Shown: positions 1 to 9,924 of the stretch, in pieces | Layout of the letters: each line of letters starts with the position of its first letter | How positions within the stretch are numbered: position 1 is the stretch's first letter | Source of the DNA: an uncultured Marinoscillum sp. | GTDB lineage: Bacteria > Bacteroidota > Bacteroidia > Cytophagales > MED-G16 | Length of the DNA: 64,000 nt | NCBI GenBank assembly: GCA_964527965.1 | Contig: CAZGPH010000003.1 | Span: 77,309-141,308 of the forward strand | Direction: 5' to 3' | Made by a program: the position numbers and the translations under genes | The notes under the pieces: generated by a model | Told to the model about the DNA's origin: nothing | Seen by the model: only the letters and a program-made list of their open reading frames with translations | The model's database searches: none

Positions 1-1
1 A

Positions 2-706
2 ATTTTAAAACAAATCTATCCTGAGACTGAAATTTCAAAAAGAATTGCTCAAATTAAAAGCTCCGCAGATAAGAAAAATAGTTCTATTTTTTCAGGACTA
101 TTTAATTTTCAGATAACTCTAGCTTTCCTTATTGCATTTTTTAATCAGCTTTCAGGAATAAATTTTGTTTTGTATTATGCCCCAGAAATTTTACAAAGTG
201 CTGGTCTTGCTGCTAATGACTCTCTTATGAGTTCCGTTTCAATTGGTTTTGTAAATCTTCTTTTTACAATGTTTGGTCTTAGACTAATTGATAAATATGG
301 AAGGAGATATTTGATGAAAATTGGTTCAATAGGCTATATAATTTCATTAATAAGTATTGGGTTTTGCTTTATTTACTCTTTAAACTCATATGTTCTATTA
401 ATATTTATTTTAATTTTTATAGCCTCTCATGCTATTGGACAAGGCACAGTTATCTGGGTATTTATTTCTGAAATTTTTCCTAATAGTGTCAGGGCTAAAG
501 GTCAATCGCTTGGTACAGCAACGCACTGGGTTTTTGCTGCTTTAATTACAGCAATAACTCCTTATGTTATTAATATGCTTGATAATAATCCAGGTATGAT
601 TTTTTATTTCTTTGGATTTATGATGATACTTCAACTGGTATTTGTATTAAAAATGATGCCAGAAACCAAAGGTATTTCTTTAGAGGAGATGAAGTTTAAT
701 TCGTAG
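2..706 (+). CDS. MFS sugar porter (XylE/GalP-like), 5' end cut by window edge
   Basis: Frame 2 is open from the first base of the window (ILKQIYPETEIS...FNQLSGINFVLYYAPEI...). Multiple TM segments and the C-terminal PETKG(I)SLEEM motif are typical of sugar-porter MFS proteins. Confidence 0.8.
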   Translation: MLKQIYPETEISKRIAQIKSSADKKNSSIFSGLFNFQITLAFLIAFFNQLSGINFVLYYAPEILQSAGLAANDSLMSSVSIGFVNLLFTMFGLRLIDKYGRRYLMKIGSIGYIISLISIGFCFIYSLNSYVLLIFILIFIASHAIGQGTVIWVFISEIFPNSVRAKGQSLGTATHWVFAALITAITPYVINMLDNNPGMIFYFFGFMMILQLVFVLKMMPETKGISLEEMKFNS

Positions 707-1457
707 TTTCTTTATTTTTCTTTCCAAAAAGTTTTCTAAATAACATCATAATAGGATCATAAAATCTATCAACAACTCTTTCTTTAAGAGGTATTATTGC
801 ATCATCTGTAATTTGAATCTCTTCAGGGCATACTTCAGTACAACATCTAGTGATATTACACATTCCAGATCCATGTACATCTTTTACATCTTCAATTCTG
901 TCTGCTCTATCCATAGGGTGCATTTCTAAACTAGCAAGTCTAGTCATATATCTAGGTCCAGCAAATTTTTCTTTACCCTCGTTATCTCTTACTACATGAC
1001 ACATATTCTGACATAGGTAACATTCAATACATTTTCTAAAGTGTTGGACTCTGTCTACATCTTTTTGTTTCATCACAAAACCTTTTTCCTTATCTTTTTC
1101 TGAAGGAGAAAAAGGCTTTATTTTCATATTTTGCTCATAATTCCATGATACGTCTGTAACTATATCTTTTATAACTGGAAATGATTTTAAAGGAGTAATT
1201 ACTACTGTTTTATCTTCATCTAATTCATTCATTCTGGTCATACAGGCAAGTCTAGGTTTACCATTAATTTCAACACTACAAGACCCACACTTTCCAGCTT
1301 TACAGTTCCATCTGCAAGCAAGGTCATTGGCTTGGTCTGCCTGAATCCTATGAATTACATCTAGGACAACCATACCCTCAGAAACATTACACTTATAGCT
1401 AACTAATTCACCTCTTTCATCATCACCTCTATAAATTTTAAAGTCTCTCTCTTTCAT
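696..1457 (-). CDS. sdhB: Succinate dehydrogenase/fumarate reductase iron-sulfur subunit
   Basis: Three Cys clusters are present: CRWNCKAGKCGSCS...C, CIECYLCQNMC and CNITRCCTEVCP. It lies immediately downstream of the flavoprotein subunit. Confidence 0.9.
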   Translation of the reverse strand: MKERDFKIYRGDDERGELVSYKCNVSEGMVVLDVIHRIQADQANDLACRWNCKAGKCGSCSVEINGKPRLACMTRMNELDEDKTVVITPLKSFPVIKDIVTDVSWNYEQNMKIKPFSPSEKDKEKGFVMKQKDVDRVQHFRKCIECYLCQNMCHVVRDNEGKEKFAGPRYMTRLASLEMHPMDRADRIEDVKDVHGSGMCNITRCCTEVCPEEIQITDDAIIPLKERVVDRFYDPIMMLFRKLFGKKNKETTN

Positions 1458-1463
1458 ATGATA

Positions 1464-3317
1464 TTATTTAGTATGATCTAATTTAACTTCTTTTTCTAAT
1501 TCTTCAATGCTAGAATTTGCAATTCTTTTAAGTTCAGCTTCTGGTTCAGACCTCTTAACTTTTATGGTTTCCATCTTTCCATCTTTCCCTTTCTTATTAA
1601 TGATATTATATTCTAACCATTCTTTCATCTCTGATGGGAAGTCTTCTCTTGTGTGTGCACCTCTACTTTCTTCTCTCATAAAAGCAGATCTCGAAACTGC
1701 CTCAGCAGAAATTAGTAGATTTCTAAGCGCTAGTGCTTCATGCCAACCAGGATTAAATTGACTAGTTCCTGCTGCCTTTACATCTTTAAACTGAGACTTA
1801 AGATTATCAATTTCAGATATTCCATCTTTAATCTCATTTTTCGTTCTAATTATTCCGACATTATACTGCATATTTTTCTGGAGATCTTCGTGAATAAGAT
1901 ATGGGTTATTTCCTTTCTCTCTATTCAAGATTGATGTAGCATTTTTGATTATTCTTTTAATGTCCTCATCATTAGATTTTGGCATTGATTTAATTTTTCT
2001 AGAATATTTTGAGGCTTCAACTCCTGATAAATTTCCAAATACTAGTAAATCAGAAAGTGAATTGCCACCAAGTCTGTTTGCTCCATGCATTCCACCTGCA
2101 GCTTCACCACATGCAAATAGACCATCTACATTAGTCATAGAAGTTTCTGCTTCTACTTTAATTCCTCCCATAAAGTAATGACATGTTGGACCAACTTCCA
2201 TAGGCTCTTTTGTTATATCTAATTCAGCAAGTACTTTGAACTGATGATACATGGAAGGTAGTTTCCTTTTTATATCTTCAGCAGATCGTTGAGTTGCAAT
2301 ATCAAGGTAAGCACCACCATGAACAGATCCTCTTCCAGCTTTAACTTCGGTATTAATTGCTCTTGCAACAACATCTCTAGTAAGTAGTTCAGGGGGTCTT
2401 CTCGCATTTTTATCTCCTTTAAGCCATCTTGCTGCTTCCTCTTCTGAGTCGGCAGTTTCATTAGCAAATTTTTCGGGAATATAGTCAAACATGAATCTTT
2501 TACCTTCACTATTTTTTAATATTCCACCTTCTCCTCTCACACCTTCAGTAACTAAAATTCCTTTTACAGATGGAGGCCATACCATTCCTGTTGGATGAAA
2601 CTGATTAAATTCCATATCAATAAGTTCTGCACCTGCCTCATATGCCATACCATATCCATCTCCTGTATATTCCCAGCTGTTTGAGGTAACTTCCCAAGCT
2701 TTCCCAGCACCACCTGTTGCAAAAATTAAAGATTTAGTTTCAAAAACAATAAATTCTCCAGTCTCTCTGTACATACAAACTACACCAGATATTTTGCCTG
2801 ACTTATCCTTTAATATATCTAGAGCAGTACACTCCATTTGAATATCTATACCCTGATGTATTCCATGATCTTGTAGTGTTCTAATCATCTCAAGGCCTGT
2901 TCTATCCCCTACGTGTGCTAGTCTTGGGTAACGGTGTCCACCAAAATTTCTTTGATTAATTAACCCTTCTTTTGTTCTATCAAAAACTGCGCCCCAGTGT
3001 TCTAGCTCCCTAACTCTCTCTGGAGCATGTTCGGCATGAATCTGAGCCATTTTCCAATTATTAAGCATTTTGCCACCTCTCATAGTATCTCTGAAATGAA
3101 TTTTCCAGTCATCTCTGTTATCAACATTTCCAAGTGCAGCTGCCATACCACCTTCAGCCATAACTGTATGGGCTTTTCCTAGTAAAGATTTACATACAAG
3201 TCCGACTCTAATATTTTTCTCTTGAGATGCTGCGATTGCTGCAGATAATCCAGCTCCTCCTGCTCCTATTACTAGAACATCAAATTGTAACCTTTTAATT
3301 CCTGATATATCTAACAT
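1464..3317 (-). CDS. sdhA: Succinate dehydrogenase/fumarate reductase flavoprotein subunit
   Basis: Carries the FAD-binding motif DVLVIGAGGAGL, an HPTG motif and ESRGAHTRED. I prefer the ATG at 3317 (MLDISGIK...), which sits 1 nt after the upstream gene's TAG. The longest ORF would start at 3344. Confidence 0.88.
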   Translation of the reverse strand: MLDISGIKRLQFDVLVIGAGGAGLSAAIAASQEKNIRVGLVCKSLLGKAHTVMAEGGMAAALGNVDNRDDWKIHFRDTMRGGKMLNNWKMAQIHAEHAPERVRELEHWGAVFDRTKEGLINQRNFGGHRYPRLAHVGDRTGLEMIRTLQDHGIHQGIDIQMECTALDILKDKSGKISGVVCMYRETGEFIVFETKSLIFATGGAGKAWEVTSNSWEYTGDGYGMAYEAGAELIDMEFNQFHPTGMVWPPSVKGILVTEGVRGEGGILKNSEGKRFMFDYIPEKFANETADSEEEAARWLKGDKNARRPPELLTRDVVARAINTEVKAGRGSVHGGAYLDIATQRSAEDIKRKLPSMYHQFKVLAELDITKEPMEVGPTCHYFMGGIKVEAETSMTNVDGLFACGEAAGGMHGANRLGGNSLSDLLVFGNLSGVEASKYSRKIKSMPKSNDEDIKRIIKNATSILNREKGNNPYLIHEDLQKNMQYNVGIIRTKNEIKDGISEIDNLKSQFKDVKAAGTSQFNPGWHEALALRNLLISAEAVSRSAFMREESRGAHTREDFPSEMKEWLEYNIINKKGKDGKMETIKVKRSEPEAELKRIANSSIEELEKEVKLDHTK

Positions 3318-3318
3318 A

Positions 3319-4206
3319 CTATATTCCCCAAGTGTTAATGTCATTAATTATTCCCATAGATACTAGTCTAACATATACGTCAGATAAACCAACCCATACT
3401 AAGCTAAGCCATGCAAATAATTGATGTCTTCTATTTAAAAATGTAACAATTTTCCAGTTGCTATGTGTAACTTTTTCATGATATAAACTGCATGAGTAGC
3501 AGTCTAAATTTCCTCCAATAAGATGTCTTATAGAGTGGCAACCAAAAGTATAGCATCCTAAGAGAATAGGATTAACTGTGAGAATAAATGTTCCTACTCC
3601 GAAACCAAGTTTCCCATCATTAAAAAATGCTAAGAATGCATCATAACTTAATATGAAAATAAAAATAACAGCGAAGTACATAGCATATCTATGAATATTT
3701 TGAAATATCAGAAGTCCTCTTTCTCCATCATATCTTTTACCTGAATTGAACGCGTTAATATTACCATTAGTTATTGCCGATACTTTGGACGGTAAGCCCT
3801 TAATAGGTTCAACTGCACATGCAGGTGGATTTAATGAAAATGCTCTGTAGTATGCTTTCCTGTAATAATAACAGGTAAATCTAAATGATAAAGGGAAAAT
3901 GAGGATTAACCATGCAGGAGATTGACCAGGTAGCCAACTCAACCATTCAGGCCAAGATCCAAGTAATGAATGATACATTGGAGGCACTCCAGGTTTAGAA
4001 GGGTCTATGTAAACAGTAGGAGAGTAAAAGGGAGATAGATATCCACCAAAACCTTCATTTCCGCCGCTCCACCAAAAGTATTCACCTTGCCAAGCTGCCC
4101 AAGTTGAATAAATTACAAAAGATAAAAGTCCTAATAAAACAAGAAGAGGTGATATCCACCATTTGTCATCTCTTAATTTATTAGTTAATAAGTCCTTTTT
4201 TAACAT
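3319..4206 (-). CDS. Putative membrane anchor subunit of complex II (non-b558 type polytopic membrane protein)
   Basis: A 295-aa protein with about 5-6 hydrophobic segments and conserved His/Cys (HSIRHLIGG, CYSCSLYH). It lies directly upstream of sdhA-sdhB and is translationally abutted to sdhA. The assignment rests on position and topology only. Confidence 0.5.
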   Translation of the reverse strand: MLKKDLLTNKLRDDKWWISPLLVLLGLLSFVIYSTWAAWQGEYFWWSGGNEGFGGYLSPFYSPTVYIDPSKPGVPPMYHSLLGSWPEWLSWLPGQSPAWLILIFPLSFRFTCYYYRKAYYRAFSLNPPACAVEPIKGLPSKVSAITNGNINAFNSGKRYDGERGLLIFQNIHRYAMYFAVIFIFILSYDAFLAFFNDGKLGFGVGTFILTVNPILLGCYTFGCHSIRHLIGGNLDCYSCSLYHEKVTHSNWKIVTFLNRRHQLFAWLSLVWVGLSDVYVRLVSMGIINDINTWGI

Positions 4207-4333
4207 ATTTTCTTATAAACCTCAACAAATATATACTCCAAAAACTATGAAACAAAAGTTTTAAAAAAATTAAATTTCATAAGTTTTTCCTAACTTAGTA
4301 TACCTATAAAACATTAACGTTTAGGGCATAATA

Positions 4334-5548
4334 ATGGTTAGGTTTCTTCCTCTTTTTTTTTCTTTTTTCCTATGTAACAATATCTTATTTTCACAAGATA
4401 CTGTTAGTCTTATATCTTATAATTTATTAAGATTTAATTCTTCTACAGAAAGAAATTTACACTTCAGAAATATTATAGAAAAAATAAAGCCTGATGTACT
4501 TATAACACAAGAGATGATAGGTCAGGAAAGTGTGAATAATTTCTTAAATAATATTCTAAAAAACATAAATGAAAAATATAAAGCAGCAGATTTTATAGAT
4601 GATGAGGATACTGATATAGACCAGGGCTTATTTTATAATTCAGATAAATTTAGTTTTATCTCAACTTCTCAAATAGATGGATACCCTAGGCCAATATATA
4701 TTTTCACTTTAAAGCACCTGGATACAGGAGAACAATTTGTTGTTTATAATTTACATTTAAAGGCTTCAAAAGGAAGTGAAAACGAATTGGCTAGAAGTGA
4801 CCAAGTAAAAGAACTTAAAAATTATATATCAGAGACAAATTCTAATTTTTATATAGTTGCAGGTGACTTTAACATTTACTCTACTACAGAAAGTGCATAC
4901 AAAGATTTGTTTTCTATAACTGAGTCAGGAAAAGGTAATTTACATGATTTGATAAATGTAGTTGGTACATATAATGATCCATCAAATGCAAATATTCATA
5001 CCCAATCGACAAGGACCTCGCAATTTGGTGGGGGTTCTCATGGTGGACTCGATGACAGATTTGATTTTATATTATTTTCGGATTCTTTAATGTATGGTGA
5101 TAGGATTTTTGTTATAGACTCAACTTATAAATCATTTGGAAATGATGGAATGCATTATAATTCAGCTTTAAATGTGGGTCCTAATCAAGAAGTATCTATG
5201 AATATTGCAAATTCCCTTCATGATGCATCAGACCATTTACCAGTATTTGTAAAGATCATTTTTAGTAATGAGAAGATATATAGAGAAGTATTAAATGTAG
5301 AGTCATACTCTGTGTCTGATAAACTATTATTTTATCCAAATCCTACTAAGAATAAACTTTATATTCAATCAGAAGACCATAAGATAAATAAACTAGAGAT
5401 TTATTCTTTGAATGGAATTAAAGTTTTAGATAAAAATATTAACTCTAACTCATGCACTATAGATGTTTCAAAAATAAATATTGGTAATTACCTTATAATA
5501 TTGAATTTTAAAGATTTTACTCAAAAAATTAAATTTGTAAAAAAATAA
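4334..5548 (+). CDS. Secreted endonuclease/exonuclease/phosphatase (EEP) family protein with T9SS type-A C-terminal sorting domain
   Basis: Has an N-terminal signal peptide and EEP motifs (VAGDFN, SDHLPV). The C-terminus (LLFYPNPTKNKLYIQ...IDVSKINIGNYLIIL...) matches the Por/T9SS CTD pattern. Confidence 0.75.
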   Translation: MVRFLPLFFSFFLCNNILFSQDTVSLISYNLLRFNSSTERNLHFRNIIEKIKPDVLITQEMIGQESVNNFLNNILKNINEKYKAADFIDDEDTDIDQGLFYNSDKFSFISTSQIDGYPRPIYIFTLKHLDTGEQFVVYNLHLKASKGSENELARSDQVKELKNYISETNSNFYIVAGDFNIYSTTESAYKDLFSITESGKGNLHDLINVVGTYNDPSNANIHTQSTRTSQFGGGSHGGLDDRFDFILFSDSLMYGDRIFVIDSTYKSFGNDGMHYNSALNVGPNQEVSMNIANSLHDASDHLPVFVKIIFSNEKIYREVLNVESYSVSDKLLFYPNPTKNKLYIQSEDHKINKLEIYSLNGIKVLDKNINSNSCTIDVSKINIGNYLIILNFKDFTQKIKFVKK

Positions 5549-5549
5549 T

Positions 5550-6593
5550 ATGAGATATATAGCACTTATTGTTTTACTAAACTTTTATTTTATTGATTTA
5601 TACTCTCAATATAATAAAAGTGAACTCCATACTCTAGCTTTTTATAACCTTGAAAACTTATTTGATACAATAAACGATGTTTCAATAAATGATGAAGCAA
5701 GTCCAATTATGGAAACTTCTATGAATAAAACATCAGTATACTTAAGTAAACTCAAAAATCTTTCTAAAGTTATATCAGAGATAGGTTTTAGTGAGACTGG
5801 ATCTTTGCCAACACTAGTAGGAATTTGTGAGGTTGAGAATAGATTTGTAGTTGAGGATTTAATTAAAACTGGAAAACTTAAGGATATAAATTATAATATT
5901 TCTCATTTTGATTCACCTGACAACAGAGGAATAGATGTAGGGTTAATTTATAATCAAGATTATTTTAAAGTTATTAGGGAGAAGAATATAAAATTAGAAT
6001 TAATTAATAATGAGGATAGCACCCAAATTTTAACTAGAGATCAACATCTTGTTGAGGGTTTACTTAGTGGGAATAAAATATATATAATTATAAATCATTG
6101 GCCCTCAAGATATGGAGGAGAAGAAAGGTCAAAACCTTTTAGAAATAAAGCAGCTGAATTAAATAGATTAATAATTGATTCTATTTTCCAAGTAGACCAT
6201 AAGGCAAAAATTTTTACTATTGGTGATTTTAATGATGATCCTACAGATGAAAGCATTAAAAAAATTCTAAATACTGTAAAATATGATGATGAACTTAATT
6301 CTCCAGTAATGTTTAACCCGTATGAAAAGATGTTTGATGACGGATTTGGTACTTTGAAATATAGAGGTGAGTGGAATATGTTTGATCAAATAATTTTAAG
6401 TTCGAACTCTCTTAAAAGTCATAATTTAAATGATTTTTATTTTGATGGTGCGTACATTCATTTAAAACCCTACCTAATAAATCAGAGTGGGAATTATGAG
6501 GGATATCCTTTTAGAAGTTTTGCTGGAGGGAATTTTATAGGTGGCTACAGCGATCATCTACCAGTATATATAATACTAAAACGGGAACAATAA
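5550..6593 (+). CDS. Secreted endonuclease/exonuclease/phosphatase (EEP) family protein
   Basis: Has a signal peptide. EEP motifs: AFYNLENLFD, CEVEN, NHWPSRYGGE, GDFNDDP, SDHLPV. Confidence 0.75.
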   Translation: MRYIALIVLLNFYFIDLYSQYNKSELHTLAFYNLENLFDTINDVSINDEASPIMETSMNKTSVYLSKLKNLSKVISEIGFSETGSLPTLVGICEVENRFVVEDLIKTGKLKDINYNISHFDSPDNRGIDVGLIYNQDYFKVIREKNIKLELINNEDSTQILTRDQHLVEGLLSGNKIYIIINHWPSRYGGEERSKPFRNKAAELNRLIIDSIFQVDHKAKIFTIGDFNDDPTDESIKKILNTVKYDDELNSPVMFNPYEKMFDDGFGTLKYRGEWNMFDQIILSSNSLKSHNLNDFYFDGAYIHLKPYLINQSGNYEGYPFRSFAGGNFIGGYSDHLPVYIILKREQ

Positions 6594-6655
6594 GCTTATT
6601 ATTTAGTATAATATTGTATAAAATATACGTTTAATAAATACATCATAATTATCAT

Positions 6656-9493
6656 ATGTTAATTGCTTTTTTAAGGATATGCTTTTTTTCTGTAATAGGA
6701 TTAATTTTCTCTTTAGATCTTTATTCTACTCACATAAGAGCAGGAGAGATTATAGCTAAAAGAATCTCATCTACAAGTTTAACTTATGAATTTACTATAA
6801 TTGGATATACTGATACAGGATCTGAGGTAGAGTTTGGTGGAGGAAGTTTTAGTTTTGGAGATGGTAACTCAATTGAGGTATTAGACGAGAGTGCCATATC
6901 TTCCCAAAAAATACTATTAGAAAATCAGGTTGCTTTAAATCTTTTTAAGGTTATTCATACATTTCAGGCACCAGGTAGATATGTAGTAAGCTATTTTGAG
7001 CAAAATAGAAATGCTGAAATAGTAAATATGGAAAATTCAGTAGATACTCCTTTTTATATAGAGACTGAGATATTGATTGATCCTTTTTTTGGTTTAAATA
7101 ATACTCCAGTCCTTTTAATTCCTCCTATTGATAATGGCATCCTTGGAATAAGATATATACACAATCCTGGTGCTTTTGATCCCGATGGAGATAGCTTGTC
7201 ATATGAGTTAGTTATTCCTATGCAAGAAAAAGGATTTCAGGTGACAAATTACAGGTTCCCAAATGTGGAAGAGTTTTATCAAGAATATAATGAAGGAAGT
7301 GAAGGTGGATTAGGTCCCCCATCATTTTCATTAGATTCTATAATTGGAGATCTTATTTGGGATGCTCCAGGGTCTGAGGGAGAATATAATTTTGCTTTTA
7401 GAGTTGTGGAATGGAGAAAAGTTGGAGATCAGTGGTTTAAGTTAGGACATGTTACAAGAGATATGCAAGTCATAATTGATGACTCTGATAACAAGAGGCC
7501 TAATCTAGAGGTTCTAGACCCAATTTGTGTGGAGGCGGGTACTGTTATTAGAGATACAGTAACAGGTGATGATCCTAACTTTAATGATATTCAGATAGAA
7601 GCATTTGGTGGCCCATTTGAGTTCTTGTCTTCACCTGCTGTTTATTTTCCAAATCCTGTTCAATATCAGAAATCTCCTGCTTCTTTACAATTTGAATGGG
7701 AAACTAATTGTTCTCATATTAGAAAGCGACCATATGATATTCAATTTAAGGTTACTGATAAACCTGCATGGGGACCTAATCTTGTTGAATTTACCAATTG
7801 GCAAATTCAGATAGTAGCACCTGCTCCAGAAGGACTAGAACTTACACCTTTACCGTCTCGTTCTGTTCAGATTTCTTGGGATCCGTACAGTTGTGATAAT
7901 GCGGATGAAATTCAGATATGGAGAAGAATTGGTAGCTTTGATTATGAACCTGATAATTGTGAGGTAGGAATTCCTGAGGGTTCAGGCTATAAATTAATTG
8001 GAACGACAGAGGGAGATCAAATAACTATGCTTGATGATAATTTAGGCCAAGGATTAGCACCTGGATCTAAGTACTGTTATAGGATTTTAGCAGAATTTCC
8101 GTTACCTGAGGGTGGAACAAGTTATGTGTCAGAAGAAAAATGTATAATTATTAACGCAGATGCTCCTGTTATAACAAGTGTTAGTGTTATGGATACAGAT
8201 ATTTTTGAGGGAAAGGTAGAATTAAGTTGGGTACCCCCTTTTGAGATAGATACTATCTTATTTCCTAAACCTTACTCTTACAGGGTAAATAGACTTGAAG
8301 GATTCTCTTCTGATGTTAATTTAACTCAATCAGATATTCTTTTGGATACATTTTACGTTGATACCAAAGTAAATACTTTAGAAAAAGTATATAATTATAT
8401 AGTAGAGGTTTTTTCAGATTCGGATACGTCTTCTTTTGAATCTTCTCATAATGCTTCAACTGTAAGGTTAGAACTAAGTGGAAAACAAAATAGTATTGAG
8501 TTAAATTGGGATTTTGATGTGCCTTGGTCTAATAGTTCATCCTTTTATCCAATGCATTATATCTATAGAAATAATGTTTTTGGAAGTAATGAAGATGAAT
8601 ATATTTTAATTGATTCTGTAAATGTTATTGAGAGTGGGTATAAGTATATTGACACAGGAGAATTTGAAGGAATAGATCTAGATGAGAATAAAATATATTG
8701 CTATTATATAATTACATCTGGTACCTATGAAAATAATAAGCTACCATTAAATATTATTTATGATGATTTATTATTAAATAATTCACAAAAAATTTGTGCT
8801 CAGACTAATGATCTAATACCTCCATGTCCTCCAAATGAATTTAAAATTTCTGACCAGTATTCTTGTGAATATTATTTTTACGACAAGTCATGTGATATGA
8901 AAGATTTCGAAAATAGGATTGAGTGGAACATTGGTGAGGATGATTGTAACTTGGATTCAAAGTTTTTTAATATATACTTTTCAGAAAATGGAACAAATAA
9001 TTTTAAAAATATTGGCTCAACATCAAATGATTATTTTGTCCATAAAAATCTGTCAAATTTAAAAGGTGCATATTTCATTACAGCTTTAGATAGATCTGGT
9101 AATGAGAGTATCCCTACTGATACAATCAGAAGAGATAACTGTCCAAAATATCTTTTGCCTAATGCTTTTAGTCCAAATGATGATGGTAAAAATGATTTTT
9201 TTACCCCATTTGTTACTGATGGATCTATACTAAATTTTAATTATGGAAACTGCCCTAGATTTGTAAAATCAGTAAAAATGTCAATAGTTGATAGAACAGG
9301 TAAAGAAGTTTTTTCTCATGATTCAGAAATTAACATTGTTGATGGAATTTATATTAATTGGGATGGAAAAAATAAAAGTGGTAAAAATTTACCTTCAGAC
9401 ACATATTATTACAATGCTACAGTTACTTTTGATGTTTTAGATGAAAATGAAAGTATAAAAGAAATTAAAGGATGGGTACAGATATTAAGGTAA
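6656..9493 (+). CDS. Large secreted surface protein with T9SS type-B (gliding-motility-associated) C-terminal domain
   Basis: Signal peptide followed by THIRAGEI, then repeated beta-rich modules. The C-terminus (LLPNAFSPNDDGKNDFFTPF...WDGKNKSGKNLPSDTYYY...GWVQILR) is the classical type-B CTD signature. Confidence 0.8.
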   Translation: MLIAFLRICFFSVIGLIFSLDLYSTHIRAGEIIAKRISSTSLTYEFTIIGYTDTGSEVEFGGGSFSFGDGNSIEVLDESAISSQKILLENQVALNLFKVIHTFQAPGRYVVSYFEQNRNAEIVNMENSVDTPFYIETEILIDPFFGLNNTPVLLIPPIDNGILGIRYIHNPGAFDPDGDSLSYELVIPMQEKGFQVTNYRFPNVEEFYQEYNEGSEGGLGPPSFSLDSIIGDLIWDAPGSEGEYNFAFRVVEWRKVGDQWFKLGHVTRDMQVIIDDSDNKRPNLEVLDPICVEAGTVIRDTVTGDDPNFNDIQIEAFGGPFEFLSSPAVYFPNPVQYQKSPASLQFEWETNCSHIRKRPYDIQFKVTDKPAWGPNLVEFTNWQIQIVAPAPEGLELTPLPSRSVQISWDPYSCDNADEIQIWRRIGSFDYEPDNCEVGIPEGSGYKLIGTTEGDQITMLDDNLGQGLAPGSKYCYRILAEFPLPEGGTSYVSEEKCIIINADAPVITSVSVMDTDIFEGKVELSWVPPFEIDTILFPKPYSYRVNRLEGFSSDVNLTQSDILLDTFYVDTKVNTLEKVYNYIVEVFSDSDTSSFESSHNASTVRLELSGKQNSIELNWDFDVPWSNSSSFYPMHYIYRNNVFGSNEDEYILIDSVNVIESGYKYIDTGEFEGIDLDENKIYCYYIITSGTYENNKLPLNIIYDDLLLNNSQKICAQTNDLIPPCPPNEFKISDQYSCEYYFYDKSCDMKDFENRIEWNIGEDDCNLDSKFFNIYFSENGTNNFKNIGSTSNDYFVHKNLSNLKGAYFITALDRSGNESIPTDTIRRDNCPKYLLPNAFSPNDDGKNDFFTPFVTDGSILNFNYGNCPRFVKSVKMSIVDRTGKEVFSHDSEINIVDGIYINWDGKNKSGKNLPSDTYYYNATVTFDVLDENESIKEIKGWVQILR

Positions 9494-9891
9494 ATGATAA
9501 AATTGTATTTTACGATGGCTTCTGTGTCATGTGTAGTAGGTTTATAAGATTTATAGTTTTTTTAGATAAAAGAAAAACATTTAAATTCAGTGCTATATCA
9601 TCTGATTTTGCTTCTAAAGTCTTATCTAAAAAATTAGATGAAAAGCAAGTTGGTAAATTCATCGTTTATCTTTCTGAAAATAAAGTTTACAAGAAATCAG
9701 ATGCTGTAATTCAAATAATGATTGACATAGGTGGAATTTTTAATGTTTTCAAATTATTAAAAATTTTACCTTCTAAGATTAGAGATATATTCTATGATAT
9801 TTTTGCAAATAATAGATACAAATGGTTTGGTAGGTCTGATGTATGTCATGTTGCTCCCAAAGAAATAAGGGATCAGTTTATTAATGAGTAA
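9472..9891 (+). CDS. DCC-family thiol-disulfide oxidoreductase (DUF393)
   Basis: The N-terminal FYDGFCVMCSRFIRF CxxC motif and the size (139 aa) fit the DCC family. It overlaps the preceding gene by 22 nt, and this is the only ATG upstream of the CxxC. Confidence 0.7.
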   Translation: MGTDIKVNDKIVFYDGFCVMCSRFIRFIVFLDKRKTFKFSAISSDFASKVLSKKLDEKQVGKFIVYLSENKVYKKSDAVIQIMIDIGGIFNVFKLLKILPSKIRDIFYDIFANNRYKWFGRSDVCHVAPKEIRDQFINE

Positions 9892-9924
9892 CTTATTAGC
9901 TATTTTTGATAGAAATCAAGATAT

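Noticed and set aside
1507-2509. Several 64-84 aa ORFs (1507..1761, 1740..1934, 1945..2178 on the plus strand; 2270..2509 on the minus strand in another frame) inside sdhA.
   Set aside because: They lie entirely within a confidently identified flavoprotein gene. Their translations are low-complexity (Ser/Leu/Phe-rich) with no recognisable motifs. These are shadow ORFs, typical of AT-rich DNA.
3318-3344. The longest-ORF start of sdhA at 3344, overlapping the anchor gene by 26 nt.
   Set aside because: The ATG at 3317 follows the upstream TAG by 1 nt and leaves a normal-length leader before the DVLVIGAGGAG FAD motif. The 3344 start cannot be excluded without N-terminal data.
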